From: a bacterium | Lineage (GTDB): Bacteria > Krumholzibacteriota > Krumholzibacteriia > LZORAL124-64-63 | Direction of reading: 5' to 3' | NCBI GenBank assembly: GCA_031441465.1 | Contig: JANOEP010000072.1 | Span: forward strand, 30,385-94,384 | DNA: 64,000 nucleotides | In this document: piece after piece, positions 52,808 through 61,416 of the stretch | How the letters are laid out: each line of letters starts with the position of its first letter | How positions within the stretch are numbered: the first letter of the stretch is position 1 | The notes under the pieces: model-generated | The model's database searches: none | Told to the model about the DNA's origin: nothing | Seen by the model: the letters and a program-made list of their open reading frames with translations, nothing else | Program-made: the position numbers and the translations under genes

Positions 52808-53009
52808 GTCGGCAAGCTATGGCAGCAGGTCCGGTGCGTCATAATGGAGCCTTCAGCGTGTTTCCGTGAGTCGAGAACTTGGTACGTTAGCGGTCGTCGT
52901 TTGCAAGGCGTTCGCCGTCACAACACAAATCGTCGAACGCTGGACGATAGCAGCACGGGACTGCCCCCGCAACATCCTTTCGTTTGTAGAGTTGCCGCAA
53001 CGGCGAAGC

Positions 53010-53038
53010 TTGACGCGGCCTAAACGAGTCCGCATACT
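53010..53038 (+). promoter_or_regulatory. sigma70-type promoter
   Basis: TTGACG-N17-CATACT, 30 nt upstream of the GT4 start. Confidence 0.55.
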
Positions 53039-53067
53039 GCCTTCTTCCCGCTCTTGGAGGTCGCCGC

Positions 53068-54267
53068 GTGATTCGGGTAGCCATGATCGTCCTGTCCCAG
53101 TATCCGGGGGATCCCCGCGTCCGGCGCGAAGCCGAGGCGCTGGCGCGGCACGGCATCGGGGTCGACATCATCTGCTACCGGAATCCGGACCAGACGGAAG
53201 TCGAGACATTCGGCCTGGTCACCGCCCACCGGATCATGACCGTCCGCGATAAAACCAGCATCTTGCGCTATCTGGTGTTTTCCCAAGGTTTCGGCTTGGC
53301 CGCCTTCTTCAAGCTGGAATCCCTCGCGCGCCGGCATCACCACGCCCTCGTGCAGATCCACAACATGCCCGACCAGCTCGTCTTCGCGGCCGTCCTGCAG
53401 CGTCTTCGGGGCGTGCCGGTGGTCCTGGACCTGCACGACCTCATGGTGGAGCTCTTTGAGTCCAAGTGGCACGGGGTGCGGGCGCGATTGTTGTTGCCGG
53501 TCGTGAAACTCGTCGAAGGCCTGTCCTGCCGCTTCGCCAACCGATTGATCACCACGAGCGAGGGGTTCCGCAAGCAGCTGCTGTCGCGGGGGATCCGCGC
53601 CGACAAGGTGACCCTCGTGCTCAACTCCGCCGACAATCACATCTTTTTCCGCCCGGCGGACGGTTTCATGGAGCGCCAGTCCCGAGACGGTGCACGGCTG
53701 ACCCAACCTTGCCTAGTTTATCACGGCACCATCGCGCACCGGTTCGGCATCCACGTGCTGATCGAGGCCGTCGCGTTGCTGCGGGACCGGGGGCTGAAGC
53801 CCGTGCTCAAGATCCACGGCAAGTACGATGCCAATTATAGGCTGGTCCTGGAGCGTCTGATCGCCGAACACGGGCTGGGCGATGCCGTCCTGCTGGGCGA
53901 CTACCTTTCCCACGAAGAGATCAGGGAACTGCTCTACCGGATGGACATCGGCGTCGTTCCCTACCTCAGGGATTCCTTCATGGACCTGGCCCTCTCCACC
54001 AAGTCGTTCGAGTATATCGCTGTCGGCCTGCCCGTGGTGGCTTCGCGCGTGGATTCGATGACCGCGCTGTTCACCGGCCGGAGCCTGCAGTACAGCGAAC
54101 CCGGCAATGCCGGCGATCTCGCCGACCAGATCCAGCGGCTGTGCGATTTTCCGCACGAGCGGGTGGAATTGAGCCGACACGCGGATCGGGAGTACGAAGG
54201 GATTGCTTGGCCCGAGATGGAGAAGCGTTACGTATCGTTGATCAAGGGGTTAATCGCTCCTACATAG
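53068..54267 (+). CDS. GT4 glycosyltransferase
   Basis: DPRVRREA, HNMPD, DLHDL, YHGTIAHRFG, STKSFEYIAVG. Confidence 0.9.
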   Translation: MIRVAMIVLSQYPGDPRVRREAEALARHGIGVDIICYRNPDQTEVETFGLVTAHRIMTVRDKTSILRYLVFSQGFGLAAFFKLESLARRHHHALVQIHNMPDQLVFAAVLQRLRGVPVVLDLHDLMVELFESKWHGVRARLLLPVVKLVEGLSCRFANRLITTSEGFRKQLLSRGIRADKVTLVLNSADNHIFFRPADGFMERQSRDGARLTQPCLVYHGTIAHRFGIHVLIEAVALLRDRGLKPVLKIHGKYDANYRLVLERLIAEHGLGDAVLLGDYLSHEEIRELLYRMDIGVVPYLRDSFMDLALSTKSFEYIAVGLPVVASRVDSMTALFTGRSLQYSEPGNAGDLADQIQRLCDFPHERVELSRHADREYEGIAWPEMEKRYVSLIKGLIAPT

Positions 54268-54351
54268 CGCCGCCGCTTTTACTGATTGACGATATATCCG
54301 AATATATGATAATATAGACGGAGATGGAGACGTTTTTTCCAGGAGGCTGAT

Positions 54352-55641
54352 ATGAGGCGCGTGTTGCTGGCGGGACTCGCTTTCTCTGTATTTTTGACGC
54401 TTTTCATTCCGGCGGTCACGCGTGCCCAGGGTAAATGGGATGGCTACGACTTCGCATTCTGCTTCGTGACCGATGATGGGACCAAGTGCAACCTGGCTTG
54501 GGCGGATACAGCCAGGGTGATGGACTTTCGTTTCACCATCGCCGTGAATGTTCGCAGCGGCGTGCTTTCATCCAACAAACTGACCGTGCAGCAGGTCCAC
54601 GACCTTGCTGCGGACGGGTTCGAGATCGCCCAACACGGCGCTTCCCATGGGCAGGCCGGTCTTCCGGTTGCCTGCACCAGCCCGCCCCGCGGATCTTGGA
54701 TGGGTTATTTCCTCTGCAGCGAGCCGGGTGAGCAGGCAAGGATGACCGCCCTGAAGGCGGATATCGAGCGCGACACGATCGCCGCGACTTGCAACCTCCC
54801 CGTTTCCAGCATCAGGGTTTGTGCCTACCCTCAGCATCTACACGGCAAGGCGCTGATCGATTCGTTGATTGCCGAGGGATTCATCGGTGCCCGCACTGGC
54901 GGTATTTGGGATCCCTCCGGCTACAGTTATGGCGATTTCACGTTCATGTCCAGCAACAGCTGGGATGGCGGGATCAGTTTGTACCGGATCTCGACAGCCG
55001 ACACGGATTCCCACTTCTTTGGTAATCACAGCGCAACGCCACCCGTCCACAAGTCCTATGAATCGTTCCTTGCGATCGCCCAGCCGGTGATCGACGACTT
55101 CCGCGCCTCCGAGGGCATCTGCATCATCTACACCCACCATCTCGGGGACGACAACGATACCTACGGCAACATCAACTACGGTAGTGGCGGGATCACCAAG
55201 CAGGATCTGGCCTGGTTGATCGATCTGGTCCGCGCGAACAACGGCAAGATTATGACGCTCGGCGACGCCGTTGCCTATTATCGTGAACGATCGCATGCGG
55301 TGGACGTGGACGGCGACCTCATCTGGATGCCCGGCACCACGGGTGCCGATGTTGTCTCTCCTGCAGTGTTCACAGATCTGAGTGTCTATCCCAACCCATT
55401 CAATCCCAATACGTTGATTTCTTTTGATCTGGATGCCCGCCGGCCGGTGCGTGTCGCGGTTCATGACATGAGAGGCCGGTTGGTCGGGGTCCTGGCTGAT
55501 GGCGAACTGGACGCCGGGCACCATTCCGTCGCATGGGATGGCCGCGACGTTGCCGGACGCTATGTTGCCGCGGGTACCTACCTAGTGCGGGTGCGCACTG
55601 GTGCTGTGGTAATGTCGCGCACGGTCACGCTCGTCAAGTAA
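54352..55641 (+). CDS. secreted polysaccharide deacetylase-like protein with a FlgD-Ig/T9SS-like CTD
   Basis: signal peptide; FCFVTDDG, FEIAQHGASH, CAYP, IYTH; CTD VYPNPFNPNT...VHDMRGRLV...WDGRD...AGTYLVR...VTLVK; own promoter TTGACG-N18-TAATAT near 54286-54315. Confidence 0.8.
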   Translation: MRRVLLAGLAFSVFLTLFIPAVTRAQGKWDGYDFAFCFVTDDGTKCNLAWADTARVMDFRFTIAVNVRSGVLSSNKLTVQQVHDLAADGFEIAQHGASHGQAGLPVACTSPPRGSWMGYFLCSEPGEQARMTALKADIERDTIAATCNLPVSSIRVCAYPQHLHGKALIDSLIAEGFIGARTGGIWDPSGYSYGDFTFMSSNSWDGGISLYRISTADTDSHFFGNHSATPPVHKSYESFLAIAQPVIDDFRASEGICIIYTHHLGDDNDTYGNINYGSGGITKQDLAWLIDLVRANNGKIMTLGDAVAYYRERSHAVDVDGDLIWMPGTTGADVVSPAVFTDLSVYPNPFNPNTLISFDLDARRPVRVAVHDMRGRLVGVLADGELDAGHHSVAWDGRDVAGRYVAAGTYLVRVRTGAVVMSRTVTLVK

Positions 55642-55807
55642 TCGCGCGCGCGGGAAAATTCAACATTTGGTTCAAGGCCCCCCCAGGAAGCCGGAACCGT
55701 CGTTGCGGGCTGTTCCGTCAATCGCAGATCATGCGACTTGAAGTTGACAGCTATGATCGATCGGGATCACCATCCGGGTGGTGGTCTTGAGCCGGGGAGC
55801 CTACTGC

Positions 55808-57154
55808 ATGCGCCGACACCTATCCGCTACGCTGATGCGTCTGTCGAAGCCGGTTCTTTGGGGACACATGCAATCCATGATGGTCGAGCAGTGGATGGGT
55901 CGCCTCGCCTTGCAGGAGTTGCATGATCGCAGGCTGGAGGCGACCCTCAGGCATGCCGTCGCCCATGTGCCGCGCTATCGTGATCTTGCCGTATCCAGAG
56001 GCATCAACCCGGATGCGGTGAGCCACGAGAATCTGGCTGATTTTCCGCTGACCGACAAGAAGTTGATGACCGCGGAACAGGGATCGTTCCTGGCTGATGA
56101 CGCCGGACTGGTCGATCGACAGACGGCAGAAACTGGCGGATCTTCCGGTGTTTGGTTCGAATTCTTCTTCGATAAGCGCTCCAAGGAAATCAGGCGTGCC
56201 GGCGACTTGTTCGGCAGGACCTGGGCGGGATGGCGGGTTGGTGATCCGATGGCCTCGGTATGGGGGCACCGAGGTGACGTGGCTGCCGTTTCGACCGTGC
56301 GTGGGCGTGTCGCCAATGCCCTGTTGCACCGAACGGACACCCTCAACGCCTACGATATGGACGAGACGGTGATCCGCGACTTCATTGCACGACTCGGTCG
56401 CCATCATCCCAGTCTGATTCTGGGTTACGCCTCCTCGCTTGCGTTCTTCGCCGAGTATCTCGGCCGACACGGCGAACACGGAATTCGTCCCGCCGGCATC
56501 ATCAGTTCCGCAGAGACGCTCGACCAGGATCGCCGCGCTTCGATCGCCCGGCAATTCCACTGTCCGGTGCTCAATCGCTACGGGTCCAGGGAGTTTGCGA
56601 CCATCGCCCAGCAGTGCGAACTCATGGGTGGCCTCCATATCTTTTCGGGCCGGATTCATGTCGAGGTGTTGCGCCCCGACGGTAACGCATGTCAGCCGGG
56701 TGAGCGGGGCGAGATCGTGGTCACGGATCTGATCAACGGCGTCATGCCCTTCATCCGATACCGTACGGGAGACATCGGGGTACCGACAGCCGAGGTTTGT
56801 CCATGCGGTCGGGGAATGCCCTTGCTGGCGAGCGTGGAAGGCCGTGTATCGGAGCTCATCGTCGGCCCGAACGGGAAATACTATTCATGCCAGAGCCCGC
56901 GATTGTTCGGCTCTGACATCCCGGGCATCGAACAGATGCAGGTGATCCAGGATAGGATCTCTGATCTGGAGATCAGGATCGTTCCCGGAACCGCTTGGAC
57001 CGAAGCGTCGCAGCAGCTTCTCATCGATAGGATGCGCAACCTGCTGGGCGAGGTCGAAGTGCGCATCGTATTGACCGACTCCATCCCGCCGGCTCCGTCC
57101 GGAAAATACCGCTTCACGATCTCCAAGGTCTCACCTTTCGATCGCCCAGGCTGA
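55808..57154 (+). CDS. phenylacetate-CoA ligase-like adenylate-forming enzyme (CapK-like)
   Basis: HAVAHVPRYR, ETGGSSG, GYASSL, SAETL, NRYGSRE, IRYRTGD, SGKYR; start uncertain (55778-55868). Confidence 0.85.
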   Translation: MRRHLSATLMRLSKPVLWGHMQSMMVEQWMGRLALQELHDRRLEATLRHAVAHVPRYRDLAVSRGINPDAVSHENLADFPLTDKKLMTAEQGSFLADDAGLVDRQTAETGGSSGVWFEFFFDKRSKEIRRAGDLFGRTWAGWRVGDPMASVWGHRGDVAAVSTVRGRVANALLHRTDTLNAYDMDETVIRDFIARLGRHHPSLILGYASSLAFFAEYLGRHGEHGIRPAGIISSAETLDQDRRASIARQFHCPVLNRYGSREFATIAQQCELMGGLHIFSGRIHVEVLRPDGNACQPGERGEIVVTDLINGVMPFIRYRTGDIGVPTAEVCPCGRGMPLLASVEGRVSELIVGPNGKYYSCQSPRLFGSDIPGIEQMQVIQDRISDLEIRIVPGTAWTEASQQLLIDRMRNLLGEVEVRIVLTDSIPPAPSGKYRFTISKVSPFDRPG

Positions 57155-57255
57155 TGATGCCAAGATGATCTCCTCCTGCGGCGACTGCCGGGCCTCGATG
57201 GCCGGATCGGCAGAGTTTTGCTATACTCAAAGCTCAACATTTTCCGGGGGTTACA

Positions 57256-58044
57256 ATGCAGAAAGCTCAGGATACGCTCTCCAAACCGGAATATTGGGAC
57301 GGAATTTGGGAAAACCAGTCGGCGGCGTTTTTGGCGGAATATCAAGCGGACCCCGTGATCGATCTGCAATGGGCGCTTTTCGACCGGTTCCTGGTTCCGG
57401 ATCCCAGCAAGAAGCTCATCGAGATCGGTTGTGCCCATTCCAAGTGGCTCGTCAACATGCGCCGCCGCTATGGATTTGAAGTTCATGGCATCGACTATTC
57501 CGAAGTCGGATGCCGCTCGATGAGCCAGGCGCTCGCTGCGGCTGAATTCGATATTGGGGGCACGATCCACTGCCGAGATCTTCTGGGGGATTTGGACGAT
57601 CTAGCCGGCAGTTTCGACTATGTCACCTCGTTCGGCGTGGTCGAGCATTTCAAGGATCCGTCCGCGATCTTGGCGCGATTCGCCATGTTGCTCCGACCAG
57701 GCGGAGTGGTGCTCACGTCGATCCCCAATACCGCCGGCGCCTACTTCGGTCTGTACCGCATTCTGGACCGGTCGATTTATGATATGCACGAGATGATCGA
57801 TTCCGCCCGGCTCCGGCGCGAACATGAATCCGCCGGCCTGCAGATCGAATACTGTGCATATAATGGTCTCTTCAGTCCCGGCTTACTCACATCAGCCAAG
57901 CCATCCAGGAAAAGAAAGGCCGTTCTCCTTTCGGGGCGGGCAGTTTACCGCCTCGTCTGGCCTGTTGCGAAGCGGCTTAACCGTCACCCTGAGGCTGGCT
58001 GGCATTCGCCTTATATCGTCTGCGTGGCGCGTAAGCCTGCCTGA
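57256..58044 (+). CDS. class I SAM-dependent methyltransferase
   Basis: IEIGCA, GIDYS, FDYVTSFGVVEHF, LLRPGG...IPN. Confidence 0.88.
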   Translation: MQKAQDTLSKPEYWDGIWENQSAAFLAEYQADPVIDLQWALFDRFLVPDPSKKLIEIGCAHSKWLVNMRRRYGFEVHGIDYSEVGCRSMSQALAAAEFDIGGTIHCRDLLGDLDDLAGSFDYVTSFGVVEHFKDPSAILARFAMLLRPGGVVLTSIPNTAGAYFGLYRILDRSIYDMHEMIDSARLRREHESAGLQIEYCAYNGLFSPGLLTSAKPSRKRKAVLLSGRAVYRLVWPVAKRLNRHPEAGWHSPYIVCVARKPA

Positions 58045-58214
58045 GCCGACATGGGAATGGCCACTTGAATGGATGGGTTCGACTTGGCCTACGCATCAGC
58101 GAGCCGGAAGGGGATAGCGACAGACTTGGGTCTTCCCGTCACGCAGGGGCTACGGCTGGACCAAATTCCCCTCTGGAAAGGGGAGGGATCACCGCCATTC
58201 CGGGGAGGGGCTAG

Positions 58215-58243
58215 TTGACAATCGAATCATTTCAAACTACACT
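58215..58243 (+). promoter_or_regulatory. strong sigma70-type promoter of the polysaccharide export operon
   Basis: TTGACA-N17-TACACT, about 195 nt upstream of the next ATG. Confidence 0.7.
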
Positions 58244-58438
58244 AATTAGCTCGATCTGTAGCGTTCTTCTAGAGTTGGATCCCTGTTCCGGAGGATCTCG
58301 GACGGTTTTTGCTAAAGACTCCGCGCATCCGAGCCGATTGCGATCCGTGGGTTCCTAGGTGACGACCGTCGAAGCGGTTTTCGGCCCTGTTGGGGCTGCC
58401 GCGACAACCGAGTATCTTTCACGAGTGGACAGGCGGCC

Positions 58439-59155
58439 ATGAGTACGATCCACCAAGCTTTCAAGAAAAAAACCTCCGGTAGTCCGGATTTCACGGCTGA
58501 GCTGTCCGCCATGGACCGGATCAGCTTGTTTCCGGTACCCGACGGCCAGCAACGCGACGAGTTCATCCATCTGGCGAACATGCTGCTGGACTTCAAGCCC
58601 GCGAATCGGGGCGCCGTGATCGCCTTCGCGTCGTCGGTCTCCGGCGAGGGGGCGAGCTTTGTTTCGTACAACACCGCCCGGCAGCTCGCCCATGTCATGA
58701 ACCGCTCGGTAGCCTGGGTCGACGCAAACTTTCGTTCGCCCCAGCGCAAGCTGGCGGTCTTGGGGGACGTCACTTTCTCGGAGATGCTGCGTGAGCCTGA
58801 ACGCTTCGCCCACCTGCCCGGCGGCGTCAACCTGACCCTGGTGCCCGGTGGACTGGACCTTGACGGCTGCGCCAGCGACCTGGCCTCGGAGCGTTCCCCG
58901 GCCCTGTTGAAGCTGTTCTCCCAGAAGTTCGACTTTACGGTGGTGGATTGTCCGCCTATCCTCGGCTCGGTCGAGACCGAATTGCTCGCCTCGAGGTCGG
59001 ATGGTTTGGTCGCGGTCGTCGAACGCCGGCGGCTCAAACGGGAAATCATCCGCTCCGGGCTGGAACACTTGGCCTCGAAGCGGGTGAATGTCCTGGGCAC
59101 CGTCTTCAATCGCCGTTCGTACGAGCTGCCCAAGCTCATCTACGACCGGCTGTGA
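58439..59155 (+). CDS. CpsD/CapB-family BY-kinase homolog with a degenerate Walker A
   Basis: MSTIHQAFKK, SSVSGEGAS (K to A), VDANFRSP, VVDCPP, DGLVAVV, LGTVFN. Confidence 0.8.
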   Translation: MSTIHQAFKKKTSGSPDFTAELSAMDRISLFPVPDGQQRDEFIHLANMLLDFKPANRGAVIAFASSVSGEGASFVSYNTARQLAHVMNRSVAWVDANFRSPQRKLAVLGDVTFSEMLREPERFAHLPGGVNLTLVPGGLDLDGCASDLASERSPALLKLFSQKFDFTVVDCPPILGSVETELLASRSDGLVAVVERRRLKREIIRSGLEHLASKRVNVLGTVFNRRSYELPKLIYDRL

Positions 59156-59201
59156 CCGGCAAGGACGCCCGGTCGTCGCGACTCACGGAGGGGAACGCGC
59201 C

Positions 59202-59987
59202 ATGAGCTTCGTGAACCGCCGCTATTCCATCTGGACGCGAGTCGTCTGCAACACGCTCGCGTGTTTCGTGTTGCTGGCGGTCGCCGGTTGTGCCGGCTCG
59301 TCCCGCCAGGTAGTCCGTCGCGAGATACTCTGCGAGTTCACGGACGAGCAGCGTGCCGCCATTGCGGGCGCCGAGGCGGCTCCTTACCGGCTCCAGCGCG
59401 GTGACGTGTTCTCCATCGAAACGCTTGTGGACGATGAGCTTCGCCAGGACAGCATCATCGTCCTGCCGGATGGGTCAGCGTCATTCGTCGATTTGGGAAA
59501 CGTGGCGATCGAGGGCCTGACCATCGCCGAGATCGAGCAAACCCTCAACGCCGCCTACAGTCGCAACTACCGCGACGTCGCACTCAGTGTCGTGCTGAAA
59601 AAGGTCGCGGGGCAGCAGGTCTACGTCCTGGGAGAGGTCCGTAATCCGGGGCTGTATGACGTGTCCGGTCGCGGCATCGGCATCATGGGCGCCATCGCCC
59701 AGGCCGGCGGGTTCACGGAATGGGCCGGCCACGCTTCGGTGGTGGTGATGCGGTTGACCAAGGACGGGTACTTCGTCCGCGAACTGGACCTGACGACGTT
59801 GCGGAAGGGCGGCGAGTTCGACGCAGCCGCCGTGGATCTGCAGTCCTACGACGTCATCTATGTCAACCGTTCGAAGATCGGCGATTTCGCCGCCTTTGCC
59901 AAGAACGTCACCGCCTCGCTCGTGCAGTACTCCCGTTTCATCCTGGATGTGCGGCAGATCGAGAATCCGGACATCTACAGGAGGTAG
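59202..59987 (+). CDS. Wza/OPX polysaccharide export lipoprotein
   Basis: lipobox VAGC; YRLQRGD, VLPDG, GLTIAE, VYVLGEVRNPGLY, AIAQAGGF, LQSYDVIYV. Confidence 0.88.
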   Translation: MSFVNRRYSIWTRVVCNTLACFVLLAVAGCAGSSRQVVRREILCEFTDEQRAAIAGAEAAPYRLQRGDVFSIETLVDDELRQDSIIVLPDGSASFVDLGNVAIEGLTIAEIEQTLNAAYSRNYRDVALSVVLKKVAGQQVYVLGEVRNPGLYDVSGRGIGIMGAIAQAGGFTEWAGHASVVVMRLTKDGYFVRELDLTTLRKGGEFDAAAVDLQSYDVIYVNRSKIGDFAAFAKNVTASLVQYSRFILDVRQIENPDIYRR

Positions 59988-59991
59988 TGTG

Positions 59992-61416
59992 ATGGCGGAA
60001 TTTCCCGGCATCTCCGTCGGCGGCCGAGGCCAGGCCATGGGCCTGCGCGATGTCGTCTACGTGATCTATCGCCGACGGTTCGTCATCGCCGCGATCGCGT
60101 TGCCGATCATTCTGGTGGCTTCGCTGGGCCTGTTCAAGAACACGGGTTCCTTCGTCGCGGCCTGCCAGATCTTGCTGGACCTCCAATCGCCGGACACTCC
60201 CCGCTGGAACACGCGGGCCTACGTCGATTACGACCGGTCACTGAGTACATACACGCACATGGCGATGAGCGTCCCCGTGGCGCGGATGGCCGCCACCAGC
60301 CTGCAGGACTCGCTCGAGGTCATCAAGTTGCTCGACGAGGGTGCGCACGCCCATCTGGCGGATTATGATGCTCTGTCGAGCTATCTCGGCGCGCATCTCG
60401 ATGTGGCGCCGGTCGGTGAGTCCAGCATTCTGGACTTTCGCTTCGGTTCGCCCAACACGCGCCTTTCCCTGATGTCCGTGGCTGCCTGCCGGGACGCGTT
60501 CATGGCCTACAGCATCAGCGCGACCAAGAACACTCACGCGTTGGAGTACTACGACGAGCAGGTGCGGATCGTCCGCGACGAAGTGGATGATCTGCTGAGC
60601 CGCCGGGCCGATGTCATTTCGCAGGCGGGATTCGGCATCGTGGAAAACGATCTCAAAGCTGAAACAGCCCACATCACCGAGATGCGGGACACCTTGTTCA
60701 AGAATCAGATCGACGCGAGCTTCCTCGAATCGAAGGTCCGGTCCATGCGGCAGGTCTTCACGACGAACCCCGACTACTACCCCACGCCCGATAAAGAGGA
60801 CGAGGCGGGTGTGATGATCGGCGCCAAGGACCAGGTCGAGGTCATCCGGAGTGAGCTGGACGGCAAGCTGAGCCGGTACACCGAGGACCACATCGAGGTC
60901 CAGCGCGCGCGGGAACGCCTCGAAAAGGCCCGGGAAGTCCTGCGCCGCGAAGTCGATGCCTACATCGCCGGTTTCGAGATGAACCTCGTGGCTCTCAACA
61001 CCCAGGCGCTGGTCATGCAGCGACAGATTCGCGACAGTGAAGCGCGCATGACCCTAGTGCCGGAGATCGACCGACAGGTCAGCCTCATCGACACCGAAGT
61101 GACGGCGAAGATCGGGTTGCTGAAAGATCTTCAGCTCAAGCGCGGTGAGGTTCAGATCAATGCCGGCGCCGACGAGCGCATCACGACCATGGTCAAGCTG
61201 ACCGAACCCCAGATCGAAGTCGTCATCACCGAAGCCCGCAAGTTCGTGTACTTCGCGCTGGTGTCTCTGTTCGGCATCATCTTCGCCATCTTTGTCGGGT
61301 TCATTGTCGACTCCCAGGATCACCGGCTCTACTCGCCCGACCGGATCGAGACGCAGCTGGGCGTGCCCGTGCTGGGCGCGGTCTCGGACGAGAGGACCGG
61401 TGGGTCGGGCCCATGA
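59992..61416 (+). CDS. polysaccharide co-polymerase (GumC/Wzc periplasmic part, no fused kinase)
   Basis: two TM segments flanking a coiled coil; YTEDHIEV; C-terminal IETQLGVPVLGAV. Confidence 0.85.
   Translation: MAEFPGISVGGRGQAMGLRDVVYVIYRRRFVIAAIALPIILVASLGLFKNTGSFVAACQILLDLQSPDTPRWNTRAYVDYDRSLSTYTHMAMSVPVARMAATSLQDSLEVIKLLDEGAHAHLADYDALSSYLGAHLDVAPVGESSILDFRFGSPNTRLSLMSVAACRDAFMAYSISATKNTHALEYYDEQVRIVRDEVDDLLSRRADVISQAGFGIVENDLKAETAHITEMRDTLFKNQIDASFLESKVRSMRQVFTTNPDYYPTPDKEDEAGVMIGAKDQVEVIRSELDGKLSRYTEDHIEVQRARERLEKAREVLRREVDAYIAGFEMNLVALNTQALVMQRQIRDSEARMTLVPEIDRQVSLIDTEVTAKIGLLKDLQLKRGEVQINAGADERITTMVKLTEPQIEVVITEARKFVYFALVSLFGIIFAIFVGFIVDSQDHRLYSPDRIETQLGVPVLGAVSDERTGGSGP

Noticed and set aside
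58070..58215. GGTTCGACT (tRNA T-loop-like) and GTCACGCAGGGGC (c-di-GMP-I-like) strings
   Set aside because: Flanks do not form a T-arm or cloverleaf, and the GEMM core (GCAAA...GAAA...GACGCAAAG) is absent.
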